From Cyanobacteria bacterium P01_D01_bin.156 (GTDB taxonomy: Bacteria; Cyanobacteriota; Cyanobacteriia; Phormidesmidales; Phormidesmidaceae), in NCBI GenBank assembly GCA_039024555.1, contig JBCCQQ010000014.1, forward strand, positions 32,001 through 96,000: a stretch of DNA of 64,000 nt. Direction: 5' to 3'. The notes beneath the pieces are model-generated. The model saw only the letters and a list, made by a program, of their open reading frames with translations. It was not told the DNA's origin and did no database searches. The translations under genes were made by a program, and so were the position numbers. Positions 9,739 through 18,360 of this stretch are shown here, one piece after another. Within the stretch, counting starts at the first letter, position 1. Each line of letters opens with the position of its first letter.

Positions 9739-11097
9739 CTATTCAGAGGTGTGTGCTAACTCTTTAGGAAGTCGAGTAGCCCTTAAAATCAACCATGCGG
9801 AGCCCATAAACCAAAGGGCTGCAATAATAAACGCCGTTCTCATCACTCCGCCAATATAACCTCTCAGGTCTTGAACATAGCTCGCGGTATAGGCCAAGGA
9901 AATGGCACCTACAAGATTATTGTTAGAGTCTCGAATCGGCGCGTAGATGTAGTAAAACCAATCATCAAAGACATTATTAAAACGGCGCTGAGACCTTGTA
10001 ATCTCAGTTTGGAGACCATCTAGCTGTGCTTGACCAGAGGCATCAACCACCTGCCGAAAGGCATAGCCTGCGCCTGGTTTTAAATCTCGAGCAATGTCCC
10101 CGATAATTTCTATCTGGCGAGGATTTTGGGAGCGGATGTAGGTTTCAGGGTAAGCATCGGGCACGAGTACATGAATTGTGTTGAGCCACTGCTGATGCTT
10201 TTGATAAAGAGGGTTGTTTTGGTAGTAAGCGGCATTGTTTGGCGGAAACTGTGCCAGCTTGGCAAATTCATCCCCATCAATCCCCTGGACAGCGGTATTT
10301 AAGGTGGTTGCCATGTCCGCAGCGATCTCTCTTCTCACATGACCACTGAGGGATAAATCGATGGCCAGGAGCCCCAAACTAATAAAGATTAAGTTAGCGA
10401 TGACCGTTGTTAGAACCACCAGATACTTGGCTTTTTGACGCGATCGCACAATCGCCTCATTGGCATCCAAGCTTGCCCCAACATAGTCCGCATGAACGTC
10501 TGTCGGTCTTGGATCCTTATTGACTCCCTGGGTCAGCCATTGTCCGGCTTCTTTTAGATCGCGGCCCCGCAGTAAGTAGCTAGCATCGCGATGCTTAGTG
10601 TCCCATTCCAAGGCCCGTACCAACAGTCGAGTGTGGGTAGAAACATGGTCTAAATCTGTATCTAACGCCTCTAAGAGGTCTTGAAATGCCGTTTTAAGGT
10701 TGTCGGTTTCTCGAAAGAATAACCAGTTATGTCGTGAGATTGACGAATGTACTTGCTGTGGATCAAACCCCTCTCGTCGAATAATGGGAAGAAACCGTTT
10801 ATTGCACTTAGTAGCATACTCAATCTCATCGAGACACACCTTAGATGCAATGGAATCCGGAGTAACAACAAAAAGAAATGTGTCTGCGGACTCAATACCC
10901 CGTTTAATAGAGTTCCACCAATCTTCCCCTTTGCGGATATCATCCCAGTCGATCCAAGGGTCACGACCGATCTTACGAAATGCTTGCTCTAGAATTTCCA
11001 CAAACGCTTTATCCCTACGGGAATAAGAGATAAAGACATCGTTAGTGCGGCTGGACTGTTGCTTTGGGGCCTCGGCTGAAGAGGGTTGGGAAGACAT
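9739..11097 (-). CDS. TIR-domain transmembrane protein with Cache-like extracytoplasmic domain
   Basis: DVFISYSRRD...CLDEIEYA TIR; LLRGRDLKEAGQWL linker; TM; IDGDEF...YAPIRDSNNNLVGAI; second TM. Confidence 0.85.
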   Translation of the reverse strand: MSSQPSSAEAPKQQSSRTNDVFISYSRRDKAFVEILEQAFRKIGRDPWIDWDDIRKGEDWWNSIKRGIESADTFLFVVTPDSIASKVCLDEIEYATKCNKRFLPIIRREGFDPQQVHSSISRHNWLFFRETDNLKTAFQDLLEALDTDLDHVSTHTRLLVRALEWDTKHRDASYLLRGRDLKEAGQWLTQGVNKDPRPTDVHADYVGASLDANEAIVRSRQKAKYLVVLTTVIANLIFISLGLLAIDLSLSGHVRREIAADMATTLNTAVQGIDGDEFAKLAQFPPNNAAYYQNNPLYQKHQQWLNTIHVLVPDAYPETYIRSQNPRQIEIIGDIARDLKPGAGYAFRQVVDASGQAQLDGLQTEITRSQRRFNNVFDDWFYYIYAPIRDSNNNLVGAISLAYTASYVQDLRGYIGGVMRTAFIIAALWFMGSAWLILRATRLPKELAHTSE

Positions 11098-11118
11098 AAT
11101 CCATTTTCGCAGATACAG

Positions 11119-11997
11119 TTATCGTCTAGAGGGGCGACCTAATAACAACTTAGTGATAGCACTCCGCGCACTTGCTGGTCGAGGACGATTCAGCAACCAG
11201 CGTAAGGGCGGAAAGGCAATTTCGTCCGGCAGCAAGATAGCAATAAATTCGAAGGGAAGTAACAAGTATGTAGTGTTACTCTCCTGTTGGTCCGTAATGT
11301 AGCGAATACCTAAACGCAGCTGCAAACTGTAGGCTAAAGCCTGACTATCCATATCCATTAAAGGACTCGATAAGGACGCAATCACATCGCCCATATCCAC
11401 CAGGGGCATACCTGGCTGTAAGGTGCCGCTATTGGGATCCAAACTTAAACAGCCCTCTCCAGTGACGCTCGTACCAAAACTTTCGCCAGGGTTGACCACG
11501 CTAAATATTTGAGATCGCGATAGATCCCCCGCAAAGGGAACACCTGCCCGAAACACTCGCTGAGTTTGACGAGATTCATCGGTGGTAATGGAGCTATTGT
11601 CCCAGTCGATATACACTTGGGCATCTTCTGTGCCATTGTCAACAGACACACTTAAACCCGGTAGAGCCATGTTTCGGCTCATATTGCCCATGGGTCCAAC
11701 GGTAACCTTAACCTTATATATCTGTTTTGGATCGTAGGGAGAGGCGACCTTGAGCGATAGATAAGGGGGGCGCTTCAGCCCCCGAAACTCAAGTTGTTCC
11801 ACAGCAGCTGTAACTTTAGGTTGAGATGGGGATGACTGACGCTCTAACTGTTGATTGGTTTGTCCCTCTAAAAACTCACGATCCAGCTCCACCCGGACCT
11901 TATCTTCCAAGTTACTTTCTACCGCTAGGGCCATTTGGTAGAGCACATAGATCACTACCAAAAAGTAGATAGTCAAAATTAGAACGTCATTACCCAT
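11119..11997 (-). CDS. Hypothetical protein with N-terminal TM anchor
   Basis: Long ORF (track 11119..12087); likely start MGNDVLILTIYF at 11997; ends 21 nt before the TIR gene. Confidence 0.7.
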   Translation of the reverse strand: MGNDVLILTIYFLVVIYVLYQMALAVESNLEDKVRVELDREFLEGQTNQQLERQSSPSQPKVTAAVEQLEFRGLKRPPYLSLKVASPYDPKQIYKVKVTVGPMGNMSRNMALPGLSVSVDNGTEDAQVYIDWDNSSITTDESRQTQRVFRAGVPFAGDLSRSQIFSVVNPGESFGTSVTGEGCLSLDPNSGTLQPGMPLVDMGDVIASLSSPLMDMDSQALAYSLQLRLGIRYITDQQESNTTYLLLPFEFIAILLPDEIAFPPLRWLLNRPRPASARSAITKLLLGRPSRR

Positions 11998-12093
11998 GGT
12001 GTGACCTATCCACAGCCCCGTCGATATACTACTGATGACGCCAGGTGGCGCACCTTTGGCAGGATCGTCAATACTGACGTACCCCAAAGGTGC

Positions 12094-13584
12094 CTATAGA
12101 TTACACCGATTTTTAGAAAGTGTGCCCTGGATTGGGGGATTTGATATTGCTGTGGGCGTCGAGGCAGGATTTACCTGGGTTTTCCAATACTTTTCTAAAT
12201 TGCGGGCCACCTGGTTGGACAGTAGTAGCAGCCCCAGCATGTTGGGAATACCCAGGGCAAACACAAGGATGTCGCTAAAGCGAATGACCGTATTTAGACT
12301 AATGGCTGTGCCTGCAAAACAACCGGTAATGTAAAGCAGTTTATAGAGAAGCAAACCGCGATCGCGAAGTAAATAGCGCCAGCAGGCTTCACCGTAGTAA
12401 AAACACGAAATAATTGTCGAAAAACTAAATAGACCGACAATAATCGCCAGGCCCCATTCCATCATGGGCACTTCCACTGCAAAGGCACGGGTGGTCAGTT
12501 CGATACCATTGACCATCCCGCCCGGTTCGTAAACTCCCGTCAGCAAACAAACCAGAGCCGTTAGATTACAAACAATCACCGTATCGATCAGGGGTTCCAC
12601 CATGGCAACAATCCCTTCTCGCACTGGCTCAGAATTTTTAGTGGCCGCGTGGGCAATGGCGGCGGCTCCGGTGCCAGCACCGTTGGAAAAGAATCCCCGC
12701 TGCAGCCCCTGCATCATCACCCCGATAATGCCCCCTTCAATGGCAACCGGATGCCAGGCCGAGTGCCAGACCAGACCGCCTACGTCGGGAATGTCGCCCA
12801 GGTGATGAAAAATAATCCACAGGGCTGCGGCAAGATATAGGCCCACCATAGTAGGCACAATGGTGGAGGCCACCTGGGCAATCCGCTGCAGCCCTCCGAT
12901 AATCACAGCCGCCACCACCAGAGATAGGCCCAGACCGTACACTCGCGGATCGCTCAACCAGTCCCAGTGCATCCGTTCTGCTAAAGCAGCGACCGCTATG
13001 CCCGACTGATTCGCTTGAAACATATTGCCGCCACTTAGGGCACCCACCATACTCAGCATGGCAAAGGTAACGGCCAGCAACTGCCCCATGGGTTTCAGGC
13101 CGCGCTCCGCTAACCCTTGACTCAAATAGTACATAGGGCCACCAAACACATGACCGCCTTGGACAACGCGGTACTCTTGGGCCAAGGTACATTCGGTGAA
13201 TTTGGTGGTCATACCCAACAGCCCGGCCAGGGTCATCCAGAGGACTGCACCGGGTCCACCGATTTGGAGTGCGATCGCAACACCCGCAATGTTGCCTAAC
13301 CCCACCGTTGCCGACATGGCCGTCGCTAATGCTTGAAAGTGGCTAACTTCCCCTTGATCATCTGGGTCATCATAGGCACCCCGGACCACTTTGAGACTGT
13401 GCGCCAACCCTCGCAGGTTGATAAACCCCATACGCAGCGTCAGATATATGGAGCCGCCCACCAGCCAGAGCACAATTAAGGGCATGCCCCAAAGTTTAAA
13501 AAACAGGCTACGCTCCAGCAGCGTCACCAGCATTTCAAAGCTCTGGTCAAGGTTTGTCAGCAGTTGATTCAATGCCACCATCAC
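12094..13584 (-). CDS. agcS: Alanine/glycine:cation symporter (AGCS family)
   Basis: ATVGLGNIAGVA, GGPGAVLWM, GGPMYYL, GGNMFQAN, FSNGAGTG motifs. Confidence 0.92.
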   Translation of the reverse strand: MMVALNQLLTNLDQSFEMLVTLLERSLFFKLWGMPLIVLWLVGGSIYLTLRMGFINLRGLAHSLKVVRGAYDDPDDQGEVSHFQALATAMSATVGLGNIAGVAIALQIGGPGAVLWMTLAGLLGMTTKFTECTLAQEYRVVQGGHVFGGPMYYLSQGLAERGLKPMGQLLAVTFAMLSMVGALSGGNMFQANQSGIAVAALAERMHWDWLSDPRVYGLGLSLVVAAVIIGGLQRIAQVASTIVPTMVGLYLAAALWIIFHHLGDIPDVGGLVWHSAWHPVAIEGGIIGVMMQGLQRGFFSNGAGTGAAAIAHAATKNSEPVREGIVAMVEPLIDTVIVCNLTALVCLLTGVYEPGGMVNGIELTTRAFAVEVPMMEWGLAIIVGLFSFSTIISCFYYGEACWRYLLRDRGLLLYKLLYITGCFAGTAISLNTVIRFSDILVFALGIPNMLGLLLLSNQVARNLEKYWKTQVNPASTPTAISNPPIQGTLSKNRCNL

Positions 13585-13738
13585 CCCTGCAAACCTCGAT
13601 AACCGTGTTTAAAGCAATGAGTTAATCGTGGAGGCATTGAGGTGAGTTAATGAGATTAACAAGGTGTTTTTACTATTGTAAATGCATGTAAACGTAGATT
13701 GCGTAGCGATAGCCCACGCCGGGTTAAAAACCTAGCGC

Positions 13739-14695
13739 TCATAAATCAGAAATCACCTTCACCTGCCCATACAGCCGTTCCATTTCTGGCACGTTTACCC
13801 CCAGCTGCTTAGCAGCCCGCACTGGATTACCCAAAATCGCTTCTACCTCCAGCGGGCGGCCTTCATCAAAATCAATTTTCATACTGGTACGATAGGGCTT
13901 CATGCGGACCGTTGCCCCCATCATCTCCGTCGCAAAACTCATGGGAATTGCCCGCTCTGCCCCCGCCGCCGCATCCAGGCTGGTCGCCCAAGTATTGCCA
14001 GTGGTGATCACCTCGGTCATCAGGGTATAAATTTTCTGTTTTATCGCCGCATCTGCCATCAATTCATCGGTTGTTGCATTCAAAGCCACCGATAGTCCGT
14101 TGTAGGGCACATTCCACACCAGCTTGCGCCAGCGAGTCATAAACAAATCATCGGTGACTAAAATGGGAATTTTTGCATTGCGCAGATCATCAACGATGGC
14201 TTCCATGGCTGGGGTGAGCGTTCGTTTTTGATTCGTGACGCTGTAAGCCCCCAGCTGAATTTTGCCGTAGTCCAAATGTCGGATATGTCCTGGTCCTACT
14301 TTATTCGAACAAACAAAGCACAGTCCTCCCATAATCTGTTCCGGTGACACCAGCTGGAGAATATCTGATTCAATATCCAGCCCGTTTTGTAAGACCAGAA
14401 CAACAGCATTCTCTTTTAAGGGAGGTAACAGTTTTGAGAGATGGTAATTTTGAGTTGTCTTTAAAGCGATAACAACGACATCTGCGATTGGTATATTTTC
14501 TGGATTGTTATAGGCATTCACCTGGGGCAAAAGGAGATCGCCATCTATCGACTCTACGGTTAGGCCATGGTGTTTTACATGATCGTAGTCGCTACGCAAT
14601 AGAAAATGTACGTCACATCCACTCTGCTGCAGTCGTGCTCCGTAGTAACCACCGATGGCACCGGTACCAATAATGGCGTAACGTTTAGTCGACAT
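13739..14695 (-). CDS. panE: 2-dehydropantoate 2-reductase (ApbA/PanE family)
   Basis: IIGTGAIGGYYG, LQNGL, WRKLVWN, TSMKID, LEVEAI; start trimmed to MSTKRY. Confidence 0.9.
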   Translation of the reverse strand: MSTKRYAIIGTGAIGGYYGARLQQSGCDVHFLLRSDYDHVKHHGLTVESIDGDLLLPQVNAYNNPENIPIADVVVIALKTTQNYHLSKLLPPLKENAVVLVLQNGLDIESDILQLVSPEQIMGGLCFVCSNKVGPGHIRHLDYGKIQLGAYSVTNQKRTLTPAMEAIVDDLRNAKIPILVTDDLFMTRWRKLVWNVPYNGLSVALNATTDELMADAAIKQKIYTLMTEVITTGNTWATSLDAAAGAERAIPMSFATEMMGATVRMKPYRTSMKIDFDEGRPLEVEAILGNPVRAAKQLGVNVPEMERLYGQVKVISDL

Positions 14696-14766
14696 ACAAA
14701 ATCCCCCACTGACTGCGTTCATCATTGTATGGGAGCAGTGCAGGTCTGGACGAAATGAGCGGCAAT

Positions 14767-15222
14767 ATGGAGACAACGACATCGAACCACCTATGGTTAC
14801 CTGTAATCCTAATAGGTGTCAGTGGTCTAGGCATTTACTGGTATGGCACAACTTTAACAAAAGCCCGTAACACGGTGCATTGGTCGCCTGCAGCGGGTTA
14901 TGTTACCCGTTCTGAAGTTGTCTATGATCCGACGATATCGAAAGCTAATCGTTATTTTCAATATGCTTACACAGTGGATGGGCAAGAGTTTGTTGGCAAA
15001 CGTGTTACCTGGGGTAACGTGAGCACTTCAGGAACCAGTTTATTTCAGCCGGGTCAACAGGTAACGGTATACGTAAATCCTGAGAACTCTCAGGAAGCTG
15101 TCTTACAGACTGGCATGGACAGATGGACCTGGGTACAGCTGGGTGTTTCATCCGCCATACATCTGTTGGGATGGTGGACCGTTCTATGTTTATTCTCCAG
15201 TCAGCAAGCTCCTGATTGTTAA
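14767..15222 (+). CDS. DUF3592-type membrane protein
   Basis: TM-beta-TM layout with YAYTVDGQEF and GQQVTVYVNPENSQEAVL. Confidence 0.8.
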   Translation: METTTSNHLWLPVILIGVSGLGIYWYGTTLTKARNTVHWSPAAGYVTRSEVVYDPTISKANRYFQYAYTVDGQEFVGKRVTWGNVSTSGTSLFQPGQQVTVYVNPENSQEAVLQTGMDRWTWVQLGVSSAIHLLGWWTVLCLFSSQQAPDC

Positions 15223-15248
15223 ATCTAATTCTTTTAGGAATACACCCT

Positions 15249-15866
15249 ATGTTTGAATCTGAAGAGTTAATCCATCGTGTTTTTTGCGATCCATTACCGG
15301 CCCATTGTGAAGCGGCTTATATTTTTGGTCAGACTCCAGATAATGAATATTCTATCTTTCGACGGGCTCAGATTTTGGTGGAGCAACAACAAACATCAGC
15401 CATTTGGATTCCTGGCACAGAGGCCATGAGTGGTTATCCAGGTCAGGCAGTGTGGTGCGATCGCATTGCCGCCTACATCCCCATCGAGCTAGTACAGACT
15501 GTACCCACAGGCCCCACCACCAGCCTAAATACCCTGATCGAAGCCCAAGCTACGGTGCGCTATGCCCAAACCCAGGGGGTCACTTCTTTACTGGTTGTTG
15601 CCACCCCCTTTCACCAGCAGCGGGCAGTGATGACCATAGTGACTGTTGCCATGGCGGAATACCCCACACTCCGAATTTATAGCGCCCCAGGGCTGGCCGT
15701 AGATTGGCAAGCGACGGTGGTCCATTCCCAGGGCATCCTCCGGGGGCAGTGTTACGAACTAATCTATAGCGAGCAGGAGCGCATCAATGAATATAGCAAG
15801 AAAGGCGATGTAGGCTCCCGCGAGGCGATATTAGACTACCTACGCCAGCGTGACAGCCAGGCCTAG
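15249..15866 (+). CDS. YdcF/DUF218-like protein
   Basis: SLNTLIEAQA and LLVVATPFHQQRA motifs. Confidence 0.75.
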   Translation: MFESEELIHRVFCDPLPAHCEAAYIFGQTPDNEYSIFRRAQILVEQQQTSAIWIPGTEAMSGYPGQAVWCDRIAAYIPIELVQTVPTGPTTSLNTLIEAQATVRYAQTQGVTSLLVVATPFHQQRAVMTIVTVAMAEYPTLRIYSAPGLAVDWQATVVHSQGILRGQCYELIYSEQERINEYSKKGDVGSREAILDYLRQRDSQA

Positions 15867-16108
15867 GCCCGCGATATTTGTTGAAGCACCTGATGAATTA
15901 TTCAAGCGTCACATGGCTAGGGAACACACCATAGCTCAAGTCATGGTGTTGTTCTCTTCAACGCTTCTACCCCCTTCACCCCACTGCTGTATGCGCCACC
16001 CCGCTGCTGCATACGACATAACCCTGGTTAACTCTCATTGAGGCTTCAGATACTCCATGGACACAATGGGACCATGACACACCTTCCATTCGTCAAGGAC
16101 CTGAAACC

Positions 16109-17044
16109 ATGGTGTTCACTCATGCCCAGAATTCTCTTGATTTAGCCGGCTATTTCCATCCCGAGCCCAATTACTTTCATACTCGGCAGCGTCTGAACTA
16201 TTTAACCGAGCGTTATTTAGCACCAAATGTGTTGACCGAACGTCTGACAGATTTACCCAGCCAGTTTGTCAATCCCCACCAGCGCCCCTGGGAGAGATTT
16301 TCCTGGAAGACAATTTCACCAGAACAGATTGTTGGTGTAGATCCTAAGTTGTTTATTGGTCTAATCTCATCCTCAGCCGAAGTGGAGGCTCCCATTCGTG
16401 CCTATGCTGAAATCAGTCGTGACTATTTGCAGACGATTCATCCCGAGATGACGCGTTTTGTTAGCGGTTCCTATGATAAGACCGGTCGATTGGTTGAAGT
16501 CGGTGTTTGGGAAAAGGAAGAACGCCAGCACACACCAATTTTTTGCAAAATCTATCAGCAGCTGACGGGAGAGAAACTGGTGCCCCATTCCAACTCGATT
16601 ACGGAGCTACCGACGGTAAGCAGTCCTTCGGAGGCACTTTACCGCCATGCGGTGCGGCGCATTACCACTGAGTGGAGTGCAGTCTCAGTTTATTTGTGGT
16701 TGATGGCCCATTCTACCGGGGCGTTACAACAGGCGATCGCGCAACCGCTGCAGGATGAGGTAAATCATCTGGCTAAGTTTTGGGGGATGACTCGCTGGGG
16801 CTTTGGGGATTCTGCTTCTCAGCGGATGGTGGCGATGATGAGTCAGCTGTTGAATATGTTCGATCATCATAAAAGCGATCGCAGTGATAGCCAGGCCATC
16901 GTGAATTTCTCGAACATGCAGTACGGTGCTGAACTGGTATATATTTTCACCCGCGTTTTACGCCAGGTATGTAGCTGGAATGCCCATCTTCAGCCTGCGT
17001 TGTTGGAGGGCCTATTTGGTCAGCAGCCCGCCGTTGCAGCCTAA
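16109..17044 (+). CDS. Ferritin-like (di-iron carboxylate) protein
   Basis: EVEAP, EERQH, TEWSA..Y and DEVNH: two ExxH ligand sets. Confidence 0.8.
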   Translation: MVFTHAQNSLDLAGYFHPEPNYFHTRQRLNYLTERYLAPNVLTERLTDLPSQFVNPHQRPWERFSWKTISPEQIVGVDPKLFIGLISSSAEVEAPIRAYAEISRDYLQTIHPEMTRFVSGSYDKTGRLVEVGVWEKEERQHTPIFCKIYQQLTGEKLVPHSNSITELPTVSSPSEALYRHAVRRITTEWSAVSVYLWLMAHSTGALQQAIAQPLQDEVNHLAKFWGMTRWGFGDSASQRMVAMMSQLLNMFDHHKSDRSDSQAIVNFSNMQYGAELVYIFTRVLRQVCSWNAHLQPALLEGLFGQQPAVAA

Positions 17045-17109
17045 CCTCCCAGGGGAAAACGTGCTAAACGATCGATGGTAGGCTGCTGGATGCAGTGGCA
17101 CGGCAACAG

Positions 17110-17712
17110 CTATGACCAAATGCGCTGTAGGTCCAAAATAAATCCAGGTAAGGTATCTTCCCCTGATAGTGTTTTTGGATCGTCTAAAACTTCTCTTTCC
17201 CGCCCGGATCGATACACTTCCACCTGTTTATCCTTGGGATTAATCAGCCATGCCAAGCTCACCCCATTGTCCATGTATTCCTGCATTTTATTTTGCAGCT
17301 TGGGGAGACTATCGGATGGGGAGCGTAACTCAATGACAAAATCAGGACAGAGGGGAATAAAGCCTTGGCGCTGTTCCGGCTTCAGGGCTTGCCAACGTTC
17401 TGTCTGAATCCAGGACACATCGGGGGAGCGGTCTGCGCCATTGGGCAATTGAAACCCCGTTGAGGAATCAAATGGAATGCCATGGCCCCCTTGTTCTTCG
17501 ATCCATTTGACCAAGAAGTAGGCGATTTTAATATTGCGATGTCCGGTTTCTCCGCCAGTGGGTGGATTCACAATTAGCTCTCCTGCTGCGGACCGTTCAA
17601 TTCTTAAGTCTCGATTGGCCAGGGCAATGGTTTCAAACTGCTGCTGATCTACCCGCAGGGTCAGGTCCAACGGAAATTCTAAAGCAAGTGTCTGGGGCGA
17701 TACCTGGGACAT
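17110..17712 (-). CDS. Uma2 family PD-(D/E)xK endonuclease-like protein
   Basis: DSSTGFQLPNGADRSPDVSW and CPDFVIELRSPSD. Confidence 0.93.
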   Translation of the reverse strand: MSQVSPQTLALEFPLDLTLRVDQQQFETIALANRDLRIERSAAGELIVNPPTGGETGHRNIKIAYFLVKWIEEQGGHGIPFDSSTGFQLPNGADRSPDVSWIQTERWQALKPEQRQGFIPLCPDFVIELRSPSDSLPKLQNKMQEYMDNGVSLAWLINPKDKQVEVYRSGREREVLDDPKTLSGEDTLPGFILDLQRIWS

Positions 17713-17977
17713 ATGGCCGGGTTGTGCCGAAAAGAGTACATGTGCATCATAATAGAAAGGAATAAAGTAGCCGCTAAGAATGACTCAATAACGTTTGTAA
17801 ATTTGCTTATCAAATTTTATGTGCGTTAATTCACGCTATTTGCTGTGTCTAGTTTGATATAGCTTTGACCACCTTTTTTAAATCGATGAATCAATAGGTG
17901 TACTGACCAAATCAAACATCAGCAGCATTCTATCCCTAAAACTCCCGCAAGCCCAATTACCAATAGAGGTCAAAACA

Positions 17978-18012
17978 AAAGCCTTATTCTTTAAGATTAG
18001 GAATAAGGCTTT
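17978..18012 (-). terminator. Intrinsic terminator after the acidic peptide gene
   Basis: AAAGCCTTATTC-11nt-GAATAAGGCTTT 12-bp stem, followed by T-rich sequence on the minus strand. Confidence 0.75.
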
Positions 18013-18032
18013 GATGAGAACTTCAATTACCC

Positions 18033-18269
18033 TTAATAAATTACTTCTTCAATAATGATCTCTTCTTCGACATACTCTTCCTCAATATATTCCTCTTCAA
18101 CGTACTCGTCTTCAATGTAGACGTCTTCGATGTACTCTTCCTCGATGATTTCTTCTTCGATATACTCTTCTTCAATGATGATTTCTTCTTCGAAGAATAT
18201 CTCTTCAGCTATGGCTTGGGGAACGGCTAGCCCCAGGGTCATCAACAATGTCAGCATTACGTATTTCAT
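18033..18269 (-). CDS. Small secreted Glu-rich repeat protein
   Basis: Signal peptide ending A-I-A, purine-rich RBS, own terminator, EEE-hydrophobic repeats with mixed synonymous codons. Confidence 0.8.
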   Translation of the reverse strand: MKYVMLTLLMTLGLAVPQAIAEEIFFEEEIIIEEEYIEEEIIEEEYIEDVYIEDEYVEEEYIEEEYVEEEIIIEEVIY

Positions 18270-18360
18270 AACCCTTTTCCTAAATGCTGCGCTTCTCTGA
18301 GATTCAGCGCATTACTTCACCATCAGAATGCCCTGAGTCATCTAGGCGATAACCTATGGT

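Noticed and set aside
17110..17712. Uma2 nuclease as part of a defence system
   Set aside because: Highly multicopy family in cyanobacteria; no partner genes here
18050..18200. tcttcttcga-type repeats as a CRISPR array or DNA satellite
   Set aside because: No constant repeat with unique spacers; variation is synonymous and explained by the Glu-rich protein
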